A stretch of 64,000 nt of DNA from Fimbriimonadales bacterium (GTDB lineage: Bacteria; Armatimonadota; Fimbriimonadia; Fimbriimonadales; GBS-DC): contig AP024673.1 in assembly GCA_025998675.1 (NCBI GenBank), forward strand, positions 1,990,562 through 2,054,561, given 5' to 3'. Shown here piece after piece: positions 48,951-58,787 of this stretch. How positions within the stretch are numbered: the stretch's first letter is position 1; the number at the start of each line of letters is the position of its first letter. The position numbers and the translations under genes were made by a program. The notes beneath the pieces were generated by a model. That model did not search any database. It was given only the letters and a program-made list of their open reading frames with translations, and was not told where the DNA came from.

Positions 48951-50165
48951 ATGAACCCGATTGTTCCGCTGACGGCAGTGCAGCTGCCGATGAGCAAGCC
49001 GCGCCGTCGCACGCGCGAGGTCAAGGTCGGCAACATCGGCATCGGCGGCAATAACCCCATCCGCGTCCAGTCGATGATTACCGCCGAGACGATGAACACG
49101 CCCGCGGCGGTCGCGCAGATTATCGAACTCTACGAAGCGGGGTGCGAAATCGTGCGTATCACCGCGCCCAACCTGCGCGAGGCGCAGAACCTCGGCGAAA
49201 TCCGCAAAGAACTCCAGAAACGCGGCTACGGGCATATCCCCCTCGTCGCCGATGTGCATCATCAGGGCATGGACATCGCCCTCGAATGCACCAAGCATGT
49301 GGATAAGGTGCGCATCAACCCCGGACTGTTCGTGTTCCGCAAGCCCGACCCGAATCGGCTGGAATATAGCCCCGCCGAGGTTCAGCAGGAGCTGGAAGCC
49401 ATCGAGCAGGCGTTCCTACCCGTGATTAAGGCGTGCAAGGAGCGCGGGCTGGCGATGCGCGTCGGCGTCAATCACGGCAGCCTGTCGGAGCGGATTAAGG
49501 TGATGTACGGCGACTCGCCTGTCGGGATGGTCGAGTCGGCGATGGAGTACCTCAAAATCTGCGAGGCGCACGGGTTCAAAAACCTGGTGATTTCGCTCAA
49601 GGCGAGCCGCGTGCCGATTATGCTCTCCGCCTATCGCCTGATGGTCAAACGCATGGATGAGGAGGGGATGGACTACCCGCTGCACCTGGGCGTCACGGAG
49701 GCGGGCGACGGGATGTACGCGCGTATCAAAAGCGCGATTGGGATTGGCGCGCTGCTGGCGGAGGGCATCGGCGACACGATTCGCGTCTCGCTGGCGGAAG
49801 ACCCCGTGCAGGAGATTGAGGTGTGCTACGATATTCTGCAGGCGCTTGGACTGCGCAAAACGAAGGTGGAGTATATCGCGTGCCCCTCGTGTGGGCGCAC
49901 GAAGTTTGACCTGCCGACGGTGTTGAATCAGGTGCGCGACGCGACGAAGCATCTGGTGGGGCTGGATATTGCGGTGATGGGATGTATCGTCAACGGTCCG
50001 GGCGAGATGGCGGACGCGGACTACGGCTATGTGGGGCGCGGCGGGGGCAAAATCGCGCTCTATCGCAAGGGACAACTGGTCAAAAATGACATCCCCGCCG
50101 AGCGCGGCGTGGAGGAGCTGATTGCGCTGCTGAAAGCGGACGGCGTGTGGCGCGACCCCGCGTGA
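48951..50165 (+). CDS. ispG: 4-hydroxy-3-methylbut-2-en-1-yl diphosphate synthase (flavodoxin-type IspG/GcpE)
   Basis: '[11 protein letters not shown]', 'RINPGLF', C-terminal 'CPSCGRT...' 4Fe-4S Cys triad; 404 aa. Confidence 0.93.
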   Translation: MNPIVPLTAVQLPMSKPRRRTREVKVGNIGIGGNNPIRVQSMITAETMNTPAAVAQIIELYEAGCEIVRITAPNLREAQNLGEIRKELQKRGYGHIPLVADVHHQGMDIALECTKHVDKVRINPGLFVFRKPDPNRLEYSPAEVQQELEAIEQAFLPVIKACKERGLAMRVGVNHGSLSERIKVMYGDSPVGMVESAMEYLKICEAHGFKNLVISLKASRVPIMLSAYRLMVKRMDEEGMDYPLHLGVTEAGDGMYARIKSAIGIGALLAEGIGDTIRVSLAEDPVQEIEVCYDILQALGLRKTKVEYIACPSCGRTKFDLPTVLNQVRDATKHLVGLDIAVMGCIVNGPGEMADADYGYVGRGGGKIALYRKGQLVKNDIPAERGVEELIALLKADGVWRDPA

Positions 50166-50182
50166 GGTACAATAGCCCCACT

Positions 50183-50677
50183 ATGCGTCTGAAATGGCTG
50201 TTGTGCGTCGCACTGACGGCGCTTGGGATGAGTGTGATCGCCGAACCACGCCTGCCCCGCACAGACGCGCGCGCGCTGGAGCAGCGCATCGCGCGCGCGA
50301 AGGGCAAGGTGGTCATCGTGAACTTCTGGGCGACATGGTGCGGTCCCTGCATGGAAGAGTTGCCTGACCTCGCGCGCTTCTACCGCACTTACAAAGCGCG
50401 CGGCGTGGAGATGATTGGCGTCTCGTTCGACGACGAGGAGAGCGCGGATCAGACCGTGCCGCCCGTGCTGCGCCGCCATCGGGTGGAGTACCCCATCCTC
50501 ATCGTCAAGCAGAACTTCGATCAGTTTGCTGACCGCTTTGATAAAGACTGGCGCGGCGAGGTGCCCCGTTTTTACCTGTACGATAAGTCGGGCAAGCGTG
50601 TGAAGGCATGGTCAGGTAAGACCAGCTACGCCACGCTGGAGGCGGAAGTCAGGCGATTGCTGCAGGCGCGGCGATGA
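50183..50677 (+). CDS. TlpA/ResA-like thiol-disulfide oxidoreductase (thioredoxin fold, secreted)
   Basis: Signal peptide; 'VVIVNFWATWCGPCMEELPDL' CxxC motif. Confidence 0.85.
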   Translation: MRLKWLLCVALTALGMSVIAEPRLPRTDARALEQRIARAKGKVVIVNFWATWCGPCMEELPDLARFYRTYKARGVEMIGVSFDDEESADQTVPPVLRRHRVEYPILIVKQNFDQFADRFDKDWRGEVPRFYLYDKSGKRVKAWSGKTSYATLEAEVRRLLQARR

Positions 50678-51519
50678 CAGAGCGCAGGCTGCCCTTCTGC
50701 AAGATGGAGGGCGTCGGCAACGACTTTGTGCTGATCGAGGCTCAGGCGGCGCAGGGGCTGGATTTAAGCCAGCTGGCGCAGCGGCTGTGCCATCGCCCGT
50801 TCGGAATCGGCGCGGATGGGCTGCTGGCGCTGGAACGCGGGACGCGCGCCCCTGTGCGGATGCGCATGTTCAATCCCGACGGTACAGAAGACTTCTGCGG
50901 GAACGGCTTGCGCTGCGCCGCGCGCTACGCCTACGAATGCGGCTATGTCGACGCGCCCGAATTCACGATTGAGACGCTGGGCGGGCAGCTCGTGCCTGTG
51001 CAGATTCACCTGCGCGAGGGCGTAGTGGACGCCATCAGCACACGCCTGCCCCCGCCCCGCTTCCATCCGCGCGAGATTCCCGCGCTTGTCGACGGCGAGG
51101 TGATCGAGGATTGCCCCCTCGCAATTGCTGGGCGCACAGTGCGGATTGCGTGCGTCAACACGGGCACGACGCACACCGTGATTTTCGGCGACTCGTTGCC
51201 CGACGATGCGCTGTTTCTGGAGGTCAGCCCGCGGATCGAGACGCACCCGATGTTCCCTGAGCGCACAAGCGTGCTGTGGGCGGTGGTGGTGGGGCGAGAT
51301 GAGGCGCGCGTGCGCATCTGGGAGCGGGGCGTGGGCGAGACGCTGGGCTGTGGCAGCGGCGCAGCGGCGGTCGCTGTGCTGGCGCACCGCGCAGGCTGGA
51401 CAGACTCCACGATTACGGTTGTCTCGAAGGGCGGCGCGTTGCAGGTAAGCCACCACCCCGACGGCGTGGTGTTAACAGGGCAGGCGAATCGGGTGTTTAC
51501 GGGTGAAGTGTACCTGTAA
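50674..51519 (+). CDS. dapF: diaminopimelate epimerase
   Basis: 'FCKMEGVGNDFVLIE', 'MRMFNPDGTEDFCGNGLRCAARYA', 'WERGVGETLGCGSGAAAVAV' catalytic Cys pairs. Confidence 0.93.
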   Translation: MTERRLPFCKMEGVGNDFVLIEAQAAQGLDLSQLAQRLCHRPFGIGADGLLALERGTRAPVRMRMFNPDGTEDFCGNGLRCAARYAYECGYVDAPEFTIETLGGQLVPVQIHLREGVVDAISTRLPPPRFHPREIPALVDGEVIEDCPLAIAGRTVRIACVNTGTTHTVIFGDSLPDDALFLEVSPRIETHPMFPERTSVLWAVVVGRDEARVRIWERGVGETLGCGSGAAAVAVLAHRAGWTDSTITVVSKGGALQVSHHPDGVVLTGQANRVFTGEVYL

Positions 51520-51554
51520 ATAAAAGGAGGGAAGCGTGCGATGGGCTTCCCTCC
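51519..51554 (-). terminator. rho-independent terminator (lipoprotein gene; possibly bidirectional for dapF)
   Basis: GGAGGGAAGC-gtgcgatgg-GCTTCCCTCC followed on the minus strand by TTTTATTTAC. Confidence 0.55.
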
Positions 51555-51581
51555 CTCTCACGGTTTGATCGTGTGTGCGTC

Positions 51582-51818
51582 TTACTGACCGCCGCCGGTA
51601 CCGCCCTCGGTCGTACCGCCCGTGCCGCCAGTACCGCCCTCAGGCGCAGCAGGCGCAGCGCCCTCGGTCGTACCGCCCGTGCCGCCAGCACCGCCCTCAG
51701 GCGTGGTCTGGTTCGTGCCGGTATCGGTACCCGTCTCTCCCTGCTGCCCGCACGCGCTCAGCGACAGCGCGGCAATCACTGCCAGCAGCGACAGCCCCAG
51801 TGTAAGCAACTTCTTCAT
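51582..51818 (-). CDS. small Gly/Thr-rich lipoprotein with internal tandem repeat
   Basis: 'MKKLLTLGLSLLAVIAALSLSACGQQ' signal plus lipobox; two '...TTEGAAPAAPEGGTGGTGGTTEG...' repeats encoded by a ~45-nt DNA tandem repeat (51590..51720). Confidence 0.6.
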   Translation of the reverse strand: MKKLLTLGLSLLAVIAALSLSACGQQGETGTDTGTNQTTPEGGAGGTGGTTEGAAPAAPEGGTGGTGGTTEGGTGGGQ

Positions 51819-51895
51819 GTCAACCTCCTCTAAGTGTGTTATGCGCTCAACGCGCTGACTGTAATTATACCCAGCTTGACAGGAAATGCAAGGGG

Positions 51896-52129
51896 TCAGA
51901 AAGTCGGCACATTCGGCTGTTGCATCTGCTGCCCTTGCTGCGCTTCTCCGGGGGTGCCTCCGCCAGCCGGGGGCGGCGTCGCAGGCGGCATGGTGTTGGG
52001 TGTTGAAACAGACGGCGTAGGCGGCGCGGGTTCAGGACGATTGAATATCCAGTAGCCTACTCCTCCAACTATCGCCAGAAGCACCACCACAATCGCAATT
52101 GCCACAGGTGTTGGAATCTCTTGTTTCAT
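51896..52129 (-). CDS. small single-pass membrane protein, Pro-rich
   Basis: 'MKQEIPTPVAIAIVVVLLAIVGGVGYWIF' TM; GGGAGGG RBS; immediately downstream of the DUF1559 gene. Confidence 0.45.
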   Translation of the reverse strand: MKQEIPTPVAIAIVVVLLAIVGGVGYWIFNRPEPAPPTPSVSTPNTMPPATPPPAGGGTPGEAQQGQQMQQPNVPTF

Positions 52130-52188
52130 TGTGCCCTCCCTCGATGATGGAAGAGGCGGCGCATAACCGCGCCGCCTCGCTGGAAAGT

Positions 52189-53058
52189 TTAGATGTTGAA
52201 CTCGTAGTCGGGTCGGAACAGCCACGGATTGCAGCCATCCCACCAGTAGAAGCCGGGGTAGCCGTTGGCGTCGTAGCCCGTGTAGGGGTCAACACGCCAG
52301 TCGGTGTTCGCGGGCGAAATCTGCGCGCCCAGCCGTCGCCACTTCGCGCTGCCATCTGCGAAGGCAAACAGCGCGCCGTTCGAGTGGATCCACATCGGAC
52401 CATCCAGCACAAACATCGCGCCTGTCGGGTAGGCGTTGCCCGGATTGCCGAAAGTGCAGCTGAAGTAGCGGCACGGGCGAGTCGTGCCCTGATCACAACG
52501 CAGCGCAGGGTTGGTCAGCCCAAACCCGTCCACGCTGGACTTGCCGCGCCCCTCCCAGAGCAGCGGCAGTTGCGAGGGTCGTGCAACCTGGGCTTGACTG
52601 TAGGCGTGCAACAGTCCGTTATAGGTGTAAGCGACCTTCGCTGTTCGCGTGGCAGCGGCGGCGTAGTTAACACCCGTCAACTGCTTCGGCGGGCACGAGG
52701 GACACTCGTACAGCCCATAATTCTTCACATAGGGCTGAATCGAGTTCGACCAGTGCGCCTGGAATACTGTCCACGCCGGACCGGGGTTCGGATAGCGCCA
52801 GTTATACGGTACATCATGGTAGTAGTTCCAGTACCACTGGTTGTTGAGCAGACCGAACCCCAGAGGGAAGGTCTCGTCATAGTCGTTGATATACATCATG
52901 AAAGCGAGGGCGTTCTGCTTCGTGTTGCTTGTACAGGTTGTCTGACGCGCTTTGTCGCGCGCCTGCGCAAACACAGGGAACAGGATTGCCGCCAGAATGG
53001 CGATAATCGCGATAACGACCAGCAGCTCAATCAGGGTAAAACCCTTCCGTCTGTGCAT
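52189..53058 (-). CDS. prepilin-type N-terminal cleavage/methylation domain protein with DUF1559 (H-X9-DG) domain, second paralog
   Basis: '[42 protein letters not shown]', near identical N-terminus to the 6435..7292 gene. Confidence 0.85.
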   Translation of the reverse strand: MHRRKGFTLIELLVVIAIIAILAAILFPVFAQARDKARQTTCTSNTKQNALAFMMYINDYDETFPLGFGLLNNQWYWNYYHDVPYNWRYPNPGPAWTVFQAHWSNSIQPYVKNYGLYECPSCPPKQLTGVNYAAAATRTAKVAYTYNGLLHAYSQAQVARPSQLPLLWEGRGKSSVDGFGLTNPALRCDQGTTRPCRYFSCTFGNPGNAYPTGAMFVLDGPMWIHSNGALFAFADGSAKWRRLGAQISPANTDWRVDPYTGYDANGYPGFYWWDGCNPWLFRPDYEFNI

Positions 53059-53156
53059 CGTATTACCTCCTCAGAATGATAGGCTACAGCGCGAAGGCTG
53101 TTTTCCTATTATACCTCACTTAAGACTAAGAATGCAAGCGACAGGTTCCCGTACAA

Positions 53157-53186
53157 GCAAAAACGCGGGGGAAATTTTCCCCCGCG
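53157..53186 (-). terminator. rho-independent terminator for the csp gene
   Basis: CGCGGGGGAA-att-TTCCCCCGCG perfect stem followed on the minus strand by TTTTTGCTTG. Confidence 0.6.
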
Positions 53187-53213
53187 TGGTCGTTTCCGTC
53201 TTATGAGACTGCT

Positions 53214-53414
53214 TTACTTCGGGACAACATTCCGCGCCTGCAGACCCTTGGGACCTTGCACGACTTCGAACTCGACGGACTGCCCTTCGTACAGCGTCCT
53301 GTGCCCTTGCATTGTGATTGCAGAGTGATGCACAAAGACTTCACGACCGTCATCCGCTACGATGAACCCGTAGCCCTTCTGGTCGTTGAACCATTTGACT
53401 TTACCCGTGTCCAT
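53214..53414 (-). CDS. cold-shock protein (CspA family)
   Basis: '[30 protein letters not shown]' RNP1/RNP2 motifs. Confidence 0.93.
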   Translation of the reverse strand: MDTGKVKWFNDQKGYGFIVADDGREVFVHHSAITMQGHRTLYEGQSVEFEVVQGPKGLQARNVVPK

Positions 53415-53521
53415 GACTAACCTCCTTCCGGGATTGTGTAGACGGGTAGACCACACACCCCGATGGTGATGCTAGCGTAGTATACCTGAACGGCGTGTCA
53501 GAAATTGCAAGGGTTTGCGCG

Positions 53522-54112
53522 TCAAAGGGGCGATTCGGGGGTTAATTCGCCCCGACTGCCGCGTTTGGTCAGCGGAACCCCCTGCCGACAGAGGGGGCAC
53601 TCGTCGGGCGCGTAGGTCTGCGCGGGCAATCGGAGCGCGCTTGCCAGCGGCGCGCCGAACTCAATCGGCGATTCGGAGCGGTCAATCAGCACGCCAATCC
53701 CCAGCACCCGCGCCTGAGAACGCTCCAGCAGCGCCAGCACCTCACGGATGGAAGTACCTGTGGTCAGCACATCGTCCACGACCAGCACGGGCGTGTCGGG
53801 CTCCAGCACGCTGCCCCGCCGAAAGGCGCGCCCGTCGCCTTCCCGTTCGGCGTAGAGGGCGCGTACATCCAGCTGCCGCGCCGCCTCATACGCCACAATC
53901 ACCCCGCCCAGCGTCGGACCCACAATCGCCTTCGCCTGACGCCAGGCTCTCTCTGGCAACCGACTCAACATCAGGTCTACCGCCGTCCCTAAAAGACTGG
54001 GCGCCTCCAGCAGCCGAAACTTTTCGAAGTAGAGGTCGCTGTGCCTGCCCGAAGTCAGCAAAAAGTGCCCGCGCAGCACCGCGCCAATCCGTTCCAGGTC
54101 GTTCAGGGTCAT
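53522..54112 (-). CDS. pyrE: orotate phosphoribosyltransferase
   Basis: 'GHFLLTSGRHSDLYFEKFRLLEAP'; PRPP-binding 'VLVVDDVLTTGTS'. Confidence 0.88.
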   Translation of the reverse strand: MTLNDLERIGAVLRGHFLLTSGRHSDLYFEKFRLLEAPSLLGTAVDLMLSRLPERAWRQAKAIVGPTLGGVIVAYEAARQLDVRALYAEREGDGRAFRRGSVLEPDTPVLVVDDVLTTGTSIREVLALLERSQARVLGIGVLIDRSESPIEFGAPLASALRLPAQTYAPDECPLCRQGVPLTKRGSRGELTPESPL

Positions 54113-54918
54113 TTATCCACCTCGAAGCTCTGTGCGGGGGTGGGAAACTGCCGCTGGCGCACTTCGTCGGCGTACTGGCGCAGGGCGTCGGTAATCGCCG
54201 CGCGCAGCTCGGCGTAGCGTCTGGTGTGTTTGTAGGTCTGCTCGCTCAGCCCCAGAATGTCGTGCCAGACCTGGATTTCGCCGTCGCAGTGGACGCCCGC
54301 GCCGATGCCGATGGTGGGGATGCGCAGCTGTTCGGTGATGCGCCGTGCGAGGCTGGCGGGGATGACCTCCAGCACCACGCTGAACGCGCCCGTCTCCTGT
54401 ACCGCCTGCGCCGCCTCGAGGAGCGCCTCCTGCTCCGACGCCGTGCGCCCCTGCAGGCGGTAGCCGCCGAACTGGTGAATGGACTGCGGGGTCAGCCCCA
54501 GATGCGCCATCACGGGAATCCCGATTCCCACCATCGCGCGGATGGCGTCCAGCACGCGCGGGCTGGCGCCCTCCACCTTGACCGCCTCCGCGCCCGCCTG
54601 CATCAGCGCGCCCGCGTTGTAAACCGCGTCCTCCACCGACACGCCATAACTCAGAAACGGCATATCCGCCACCAGCAGCGCGCGCCGCGTCCCCCGCCGA
54701 ACCGCCTGCAGGTGATGCAGGATGGTCTCCACGCTTACGGGCAGCGTCGTCTCGTAGCCCAGCATGGTGTTGCCCACCGAGTCGCCCACCAGAATCACAT
54801 CGACGCCCGCCGCATCCGCCAGTTGCGCGCTGGGAAAGTCGTAGGCGGTGAGGGCGACAATCCGCTGCCCCTGCGCCTTCATCTGCTGCAAAGTGCGCGT
54901 GGTGATTTTGTCTGGCAT
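54109..54918 (-). CDS. panB: 3-methyl-2-oxobutanoate hydroxymethyltransferase
   Basis: 'ALTAYDFPSAQLADAAGVDVILVGDSVGNTMLGYETT', 'HLGLTPQS'. Confidence 0.93.
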   Translation of the reverse strand: MPDKITTRTLQQMKAQGQRIVALTAYDFPSAQLADAAGVDVILVGDSVGNTMLGYETTLPVSVETILHHLQAVRRGTRRALLVADMPFLSYGVSVEDAVYNAGALMQAGAEAVKVEGASPRVLDAIRAMVGIGIPVMAHLGLTPQSIHQFGGYRLQGRTASEQEALLEAAQAVQETGAFSVVLEVIPASLARRITEQLRIPTIGIGAGVHCDGEIQVWHDILGLSEQTYKHTRRYAELRAAITDALRQYADEVRQRQFPTPAQSFEVDK

Positions 54919-54953
54919 GGCTTGGAATTGTACCCGCCTTCTAAGCCAGCGTT

Positions 54954-55778
54954 TCAGTCAAGAAACTGCACAACGGCGGGCGGCGTGACGCCCGATTCTG
55001 CGCCGCGGCGCAGGAACTCCTCAATCGCGCGTCTCCCCCGTGCGCCCATGTCCAGCGTCAGCGCGTTCACATACATCCCCACGAAGCGGTCGGCGGTGTC
55101 GGAGTCAATCCCGCGCCCGAACTGCATCGCGTAGCGCATCGCCTGCGCGCGGTTCTCCAGCCCCAGCCGAATGCTCTCGCGGAAGGCGCGGGCAATCTCG
55201 CGCTGCACCGATTCGGGCAAATCGCGCCGCACGGCGTTAATCCCCAGCGGCAGGGGCAGCCCGCCTGTCTGCTCGCCCCACCACACGCCCAGATCCAGCA
55301 GCAGATGCAAGCCCGCCTCACGGTGCGTGAGTTGCCCCTCGTGAATCAGCAGCCCCACAGGAACCTCGCCGCGCTGCACGGCGGGCATAATCGCGTCGAA
55401 AGGCATCTCGACGGTCTGCACGTCGGGCAAACACAGGCGCAACGCCAGATACGCGCTGGTCAGGTAGCCCGGCACGGCTATCGTATAGTTGGGCAGTTGC
55501 GCCAGCGGGATGGGTTCGCGGGCGACGAGCATCGGTCCGTAGCCGTCGCCGAAGCTGCCGCCCTGATTCAACACGCAGTAGCGGTCGGCGACATAGGCGA
55601 GGTTATGCACCGACATTGCGGTGAACTCCAGTTTGCCCTCCCGCGCCCATTCGTTGAGCGTCTGGATGTCGCGCAGCACATGTTCGAACTGCAGCGGGGT
55701 GTCCACCAGCCCTTCCGCCAGCGCCCAGAACATAAAGGCGTCGTCGGCGTCGGGGCTGTGTCCAAGACGGATAATCAT
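54954..55778 (-). CDS. mqnD: 1,4-dihydroxy-6-naphthoate synthase MqnD (futalosine pathway)
   Basis: 'IRLGHSPDADDAFMFWAL', 'FEHVLRDIQTLNEWAREGKLEFTAMSVHNLAYVADRYCVLNQGGSFGDGYGPMLVA' MqnA/MqnD-fold, MqnD-type. Confidence 0.75.
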   Translation of the reverse strand: MIIRLGHSPDADDAFMFWALAEGLVDTPLQFEHVLRDIQTLNEWAREGKLEFTAMSVHNLAYVADRYCVLNQGGSFGDGYGPMLVAREPIPLAQLPNYTIAVPGYLTSAYLALRLCLPDVQTVEMPFDAIMPAVQRGEVPVGLLIHEGQLTHREAGLHLLLDLGVWWGEQTGGLPLPLGINAVRRDLPESVQREIARAFRESIRLGLENRAQAMRYAMQFGRGIDSDTADRFVGMYVNALTLDMGARGRRAIEEFLRRGAESGVTPPAVVQFLD

Positions 55779-56503
55779 CGCGCGCCCTCCGCCTGCGCCA
55801 TGCCGCGCTGTTTCGCCGCCTCAAAGCCCCGCACAATCTCCTGGGCAATCTCCTCGTCGTAGATGGGGAAGATTTGCACATCGGAGCTCTGGAGCATCGA
55901 GAATCGGCTCATCAGCCACCAGCTGCTGCCGACCTCGGCGCTGATGATGGGCGACGCCCAGGGCTGTTCGCCGACCATGAGCAGGAGCCGTTCATCGCGC
56001 GGCTTCTCGCCGAGCGCGCGCAGGCGGGCGACCTGTTCGCGGGCGTAGTTCCACAGGCGGGCGCGTCCTTCGGCGGTCAGGCGCAGATGCACCACGAAAA
56101 ACCGCCCCTGCGCCCGAAGCGTCTCCGCAGCGCGCTCCTCCGACCACGCCTGTTCGATGTGTTGCTCGGTCAGCACCACGGGCAACGTGCGGACGACCTC
56201 TTCAATCGGCACGCGCTTGAAGTTCTGCTGGTCTTCCGCGCCGAACTCCGGGCGCTCGAAGCCGACCTCGCGCAGCTGCTCCATCACTTTGGGCACTTCG
56301 TGCGTGATGATGATTTTCCAGCGGCGCTCCTCCATCTCGCGTGCCGGGAAGCCGAACACCGTGAATTGCGACGGCGTTAGTTTGGAAAGCTGCATGCGGC
56401 TCGCCTGATAGTAGCCCACGCCCATGTTGCCGAGATAGAGCGCGAGCAGAACCCCAATCACAATCAGTGCCAGCCGCGTCGTTGAACGCTGCCCTGTGCG
56501 CAT
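55775..56503 (-). CDS. hypothetical membrane-anchored protein
   Basis: Single N-terminal TM 'LALIVIGVLLALYLG'; between mqnD and the cytochrome gene on the same strand. Confidence 0.4.
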   Translation of the reverse strand: MRTGQRSTTRLALIVIGVLLALYLGNMGVGYYQASRMQLSKLTPSQFTVFGFPAREMEERRWKIIITHEVPKVMEQLREVGFERPEFGAEDQQNFKRVPIEEVVRTLPVVLTEQHIEQAWSEERAAETLRAQGRFFVVHLRLTAEGRARLWNYAREQVARLRALGEKPRDERLLLMVGEQPWASPIISAEVGSSWWLMSRFSMLQSSDVQIFPIYDEEIAQEIVRGFEAAKQRGMAQAEGAR

Positions 56504-56525
56504 AACCCTTAAAGTATACCCGTCG

Positions 56526-57866
56526 CTACTTCTTGAAGCCGTGTTCGATCTTCTTCCAGTAGGTTTCGAAATCGAACCCCGGGCTGTGCGCGGGCACATG
56601 GCAGCTCATGCACGACTGCGAACCCGCCTTGCCGAGCCGATTGTTTTCGGGATCCTGCACATGCTTGCGCGCGGGTCCGTGGCAGCTCTCGCAGCCGACA
56701 TCCTTGAGGGTGGGCGTCTTTTGCATGCTCTGGAACCCGCCTTCGAACTCCATCCCGACCACATGGCACACCACGCATTCGGGGTCTTTGTCGTGTTTTT
56801 CGTCGATGAGCGTCTGCATGGCTTTGGCGTGGGCGGTGCGCTGCCAGATGCGGTAGTCTTCGGCGTGGCAGGGCATGCAGGCGCGGCTGCCCGCGAAGGT
56901 ATCCCCGTTCAGCGTGGGGCGGCGCGGAACCATCCCCAGCAGGTCTTCCGCCTCCACCCGCGCCAGATAGCCGAGCTTGACGCCCATCACCTGTTCGTCG
57001 TCCTTGAAGTCTTCGGTCAGGCGCGTATGCTCCACACGGGCGATGGTGTAGGGCGCGGTCTCGCTCAGGTGGGCAATCCCAACAAACTTGGCGTCGTTGC
57101 CTGCGAACACGAGGCGCGTCTGCCCGACCTGTTTAGTGGGCAGCGGACCGTCGCCGCCGTTCGCATACACAATCAGATGGAAGTAGGGGTGCGCCTCTGC
57201 CAGCCGCGCCGCCTCCTGTTCCGCGCCGTAGAACAGCAGCACGCGCAGGTCGCCCATCGACTCAATCTGCGGGCGCAGGGTATCCAGCTGTTGCTGCGCG
57301 GGAATCACGCTCAGTTGCGGGTTGCGCTTGCGGATGGCGTCCGCGTGCTGCTCGGAAATCAGCCCGACAATCAGCGCGCGCACGGGACGCCCCAGATGGC
57401 TTGTCTCGACCAGCGTGAAGGCTTCGAACGCGGGGTTGCCCGCCTCCTGTACATTCCCGCAGAGCATCGCGCCCTTGAACTGCGCCTGTAGCGATCGCAG
57501 GTAGTCCATCCCCAGCTGGAAGTCGTACTTGCCCAGATTGAGCGCGCGGTAGCCCATCGTGTTGAGCATCTCGATGAGCGCCTCGGCTTTCAGCTCGTCC
57601 TGACGCCCCGCCGCTTTGGTCAGGTCGCCGTTTTCGAGCGCGAGCAGCGTGTGCTTCTCGGCGAGCTGTTTGAGCAGGGTCGCGCGTCGGGGAATGCCGC
57701 CCACCATTGGCTTGCTGCAGCCGCATGGGGTCAGGTAGCCGTTGATTTCGGAGCCAAAGACGACGCTCAGCGGCAGGGCGCGCGATTCAGACGCGGCGGG
57801 ACGATAGAATCCCAGCGCCGCAAGCGCCAGCAACGGCGCGAGAAACACCACCCATTTCGAACGCAT
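56526..57866 (-). CDS. secreted multiheme (4x CxxCH) cytochrome c with N-terminal metallophosphatase/5'-nucleotidase-like domain
   Basis: Signal peptide; heme motifs CMPCH, CVVCH, CESCH, CMSCH in the C-terminal 130 aa; N-terminal 300 aa 'LSVVFGSEINGYLTPCGC...LIVYANGGDG' has a calcineurin-like fold pattern. Confidence 0.7.
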   Translation of the reverse strand: MRSKWVVFLAPLLALAALGFYRPAASESRALPLSVVFGSEINGYLTPCGCSKPMVGGIPRRATLLKQLAEKHTLLALENGDLTKAAGRQDELKAEALIEMLNTMGYRALNLGKYDFQLGMDYLRSLQAQFKGAMLCGNVQEAGNPAFEAFTLVETSHLGRPVRALIVGLISEQHADAIRKRNPQLSVIPAQQQLDTLRPQIESMGDLRVLLFYGAEQEAARLAEAHPYFHLIVYANGGDGPLPTKQVGQTRLVFAGNDAKFVGIAHLSETAPYTIARVEHTRLTEDFKDDEQVMGVKLGYLARVEAEDLLGMVPRRPTLNGDTFAGSRACMPCHAEDYRIWQRTAHAKAMQTLIDEKHDKDPECVVCHVVGMEFEGGFQSMQKTPTLKDVGCESCHGPARKHVQDPENNRLGKAGSQSCMSCHVPAHSPGFDFETYWKKIEHGFKK

Positions 57867-57907
57867 GGTTTCACCTGCCTAATTATAGCCCATCGGGTAC
57901 AATTCGG

Positions 57908-58786
57908 GTGATGTCTACACAGCGCATGCGCGCGTCTCTGGGCAAAGTGCGCGTCTTTCTGGAAGCCATCAAGTTCGAGCATACGATTTTCGCGCTGCCG
58001 TTCGCGCTGTTGAGCCTGCTGTATGCGGCGGAGGGTTTGCCTCCTGCGCGTGTGGTGGGCTGGATTCTGGTCGCGATGGTCGCGGCGCGCACGGCGGCGA
58101 TGGCGTTCAATCGGCTGGCGGACTGCGATGTGGACGCGCTGAACCCGCGCACGCGCACACGCGCACTGCCCACAGGCTTGCTGACCCCGCGCCAGATGGC
58201 GACGGCGGTAGGCGTATCGATTCTGGTGTTCCTGTACGCCGCGTGGCAGCTGAACCCGCTCTGCCTCGCGCTCGCGCCCGTTGCGCTGGGGGTGATTCTG
58301 GGCTACTCGTATGCCAAGCGCTTCACCCCGCTGTCGCACTACTGGCTGGGACTCTCGCTGGGGATTGCGCCCAGCGCGGTGTGGATTGCCGTGCGCGGGA
58401 CGCTGGAGTTGCCGCCCGTGCTGTTGACGCTGGGGGTGCTGTTCTGGGTGGCGGGCTTCGATATTCTCTATAGCCTGCAGGACGAGTCGTTTGACCGCGC
58501 GCATGGGTTGCGCAGCCTGCCGCAGACGCTGGGCGCGGCGCGGGCGATACTGGTCTCGCGCCTCTCGCACGCGCTGTGCGTCGCCTTTTTTGTGGCGGGC
58601 GGGCTGGCGCTACGGGCGGGCGCATGGTATTTCGCGGGCGTCGCCTGCGCCGCGCTAATGCTTGTCTACGAGCAGTCGCTGGTCAAGCCCAACGACCTGA
58701 GCCGCCTCGATGTCGCCTTTTTCACCATGAACGGCTATGTGAGTATCGGGCTGTTCGTGTTCGCGCTCTTGGATCGGGTGTTTTAG
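57908..58786 (+). CDS. UbiA-family aromatic prenyltransferase (likely the menaquinone prenyltransferase of the futalosine pathway)
   Basis: 'NRLADCDVDALNPRTRTRALP' (NxxxDxxxD) and 'YSLQDESFD' Asp-rich motifs; 8-9 TMs; directly upstream of mqnA. Confidence 0.8.
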   Translation: MMSTQRMRASLGKVRVFLEAIKFEHTIFALPFALLSLLYAAEGLPPARVVGWILVAMVAARTAAMAFNRLADCDVDALNPRTRTRALPTGLLTPRQMATAVGVSILVFLYAAWQLNPLCLALAPVALGVILGYSYAKRFTPLSHYWLGLSLGIAPSAVWIAVRGTLELPPVLLTLGVLFWVAGFDILYSLQDESFDRAHGLRSLPQTLGAARAILVSRLSHALCVAFFVAGGLALRAGAWYFAGVACAALMLVYEQSLVKPNDLSRLDVAFFTMNGYVSIGLFVFALLDRVF

Positions 58787-58787
58787 C

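Noticed and set aside
53515-55134. 539-aa plus-strand ORF rich in Arg/Ala/Pro
   Set aside because: It lies entirely antisense to the well-supported pyrE, panB and mqnD genes and has low-complexity composition typical of high-GC antisense frames.
56496-57491. 331-aa plus-strand ORF
   Set aside because: Antisense to the multiheme cytochrome gene, whose CxxCH motifs and signal peptide support the minus strand.
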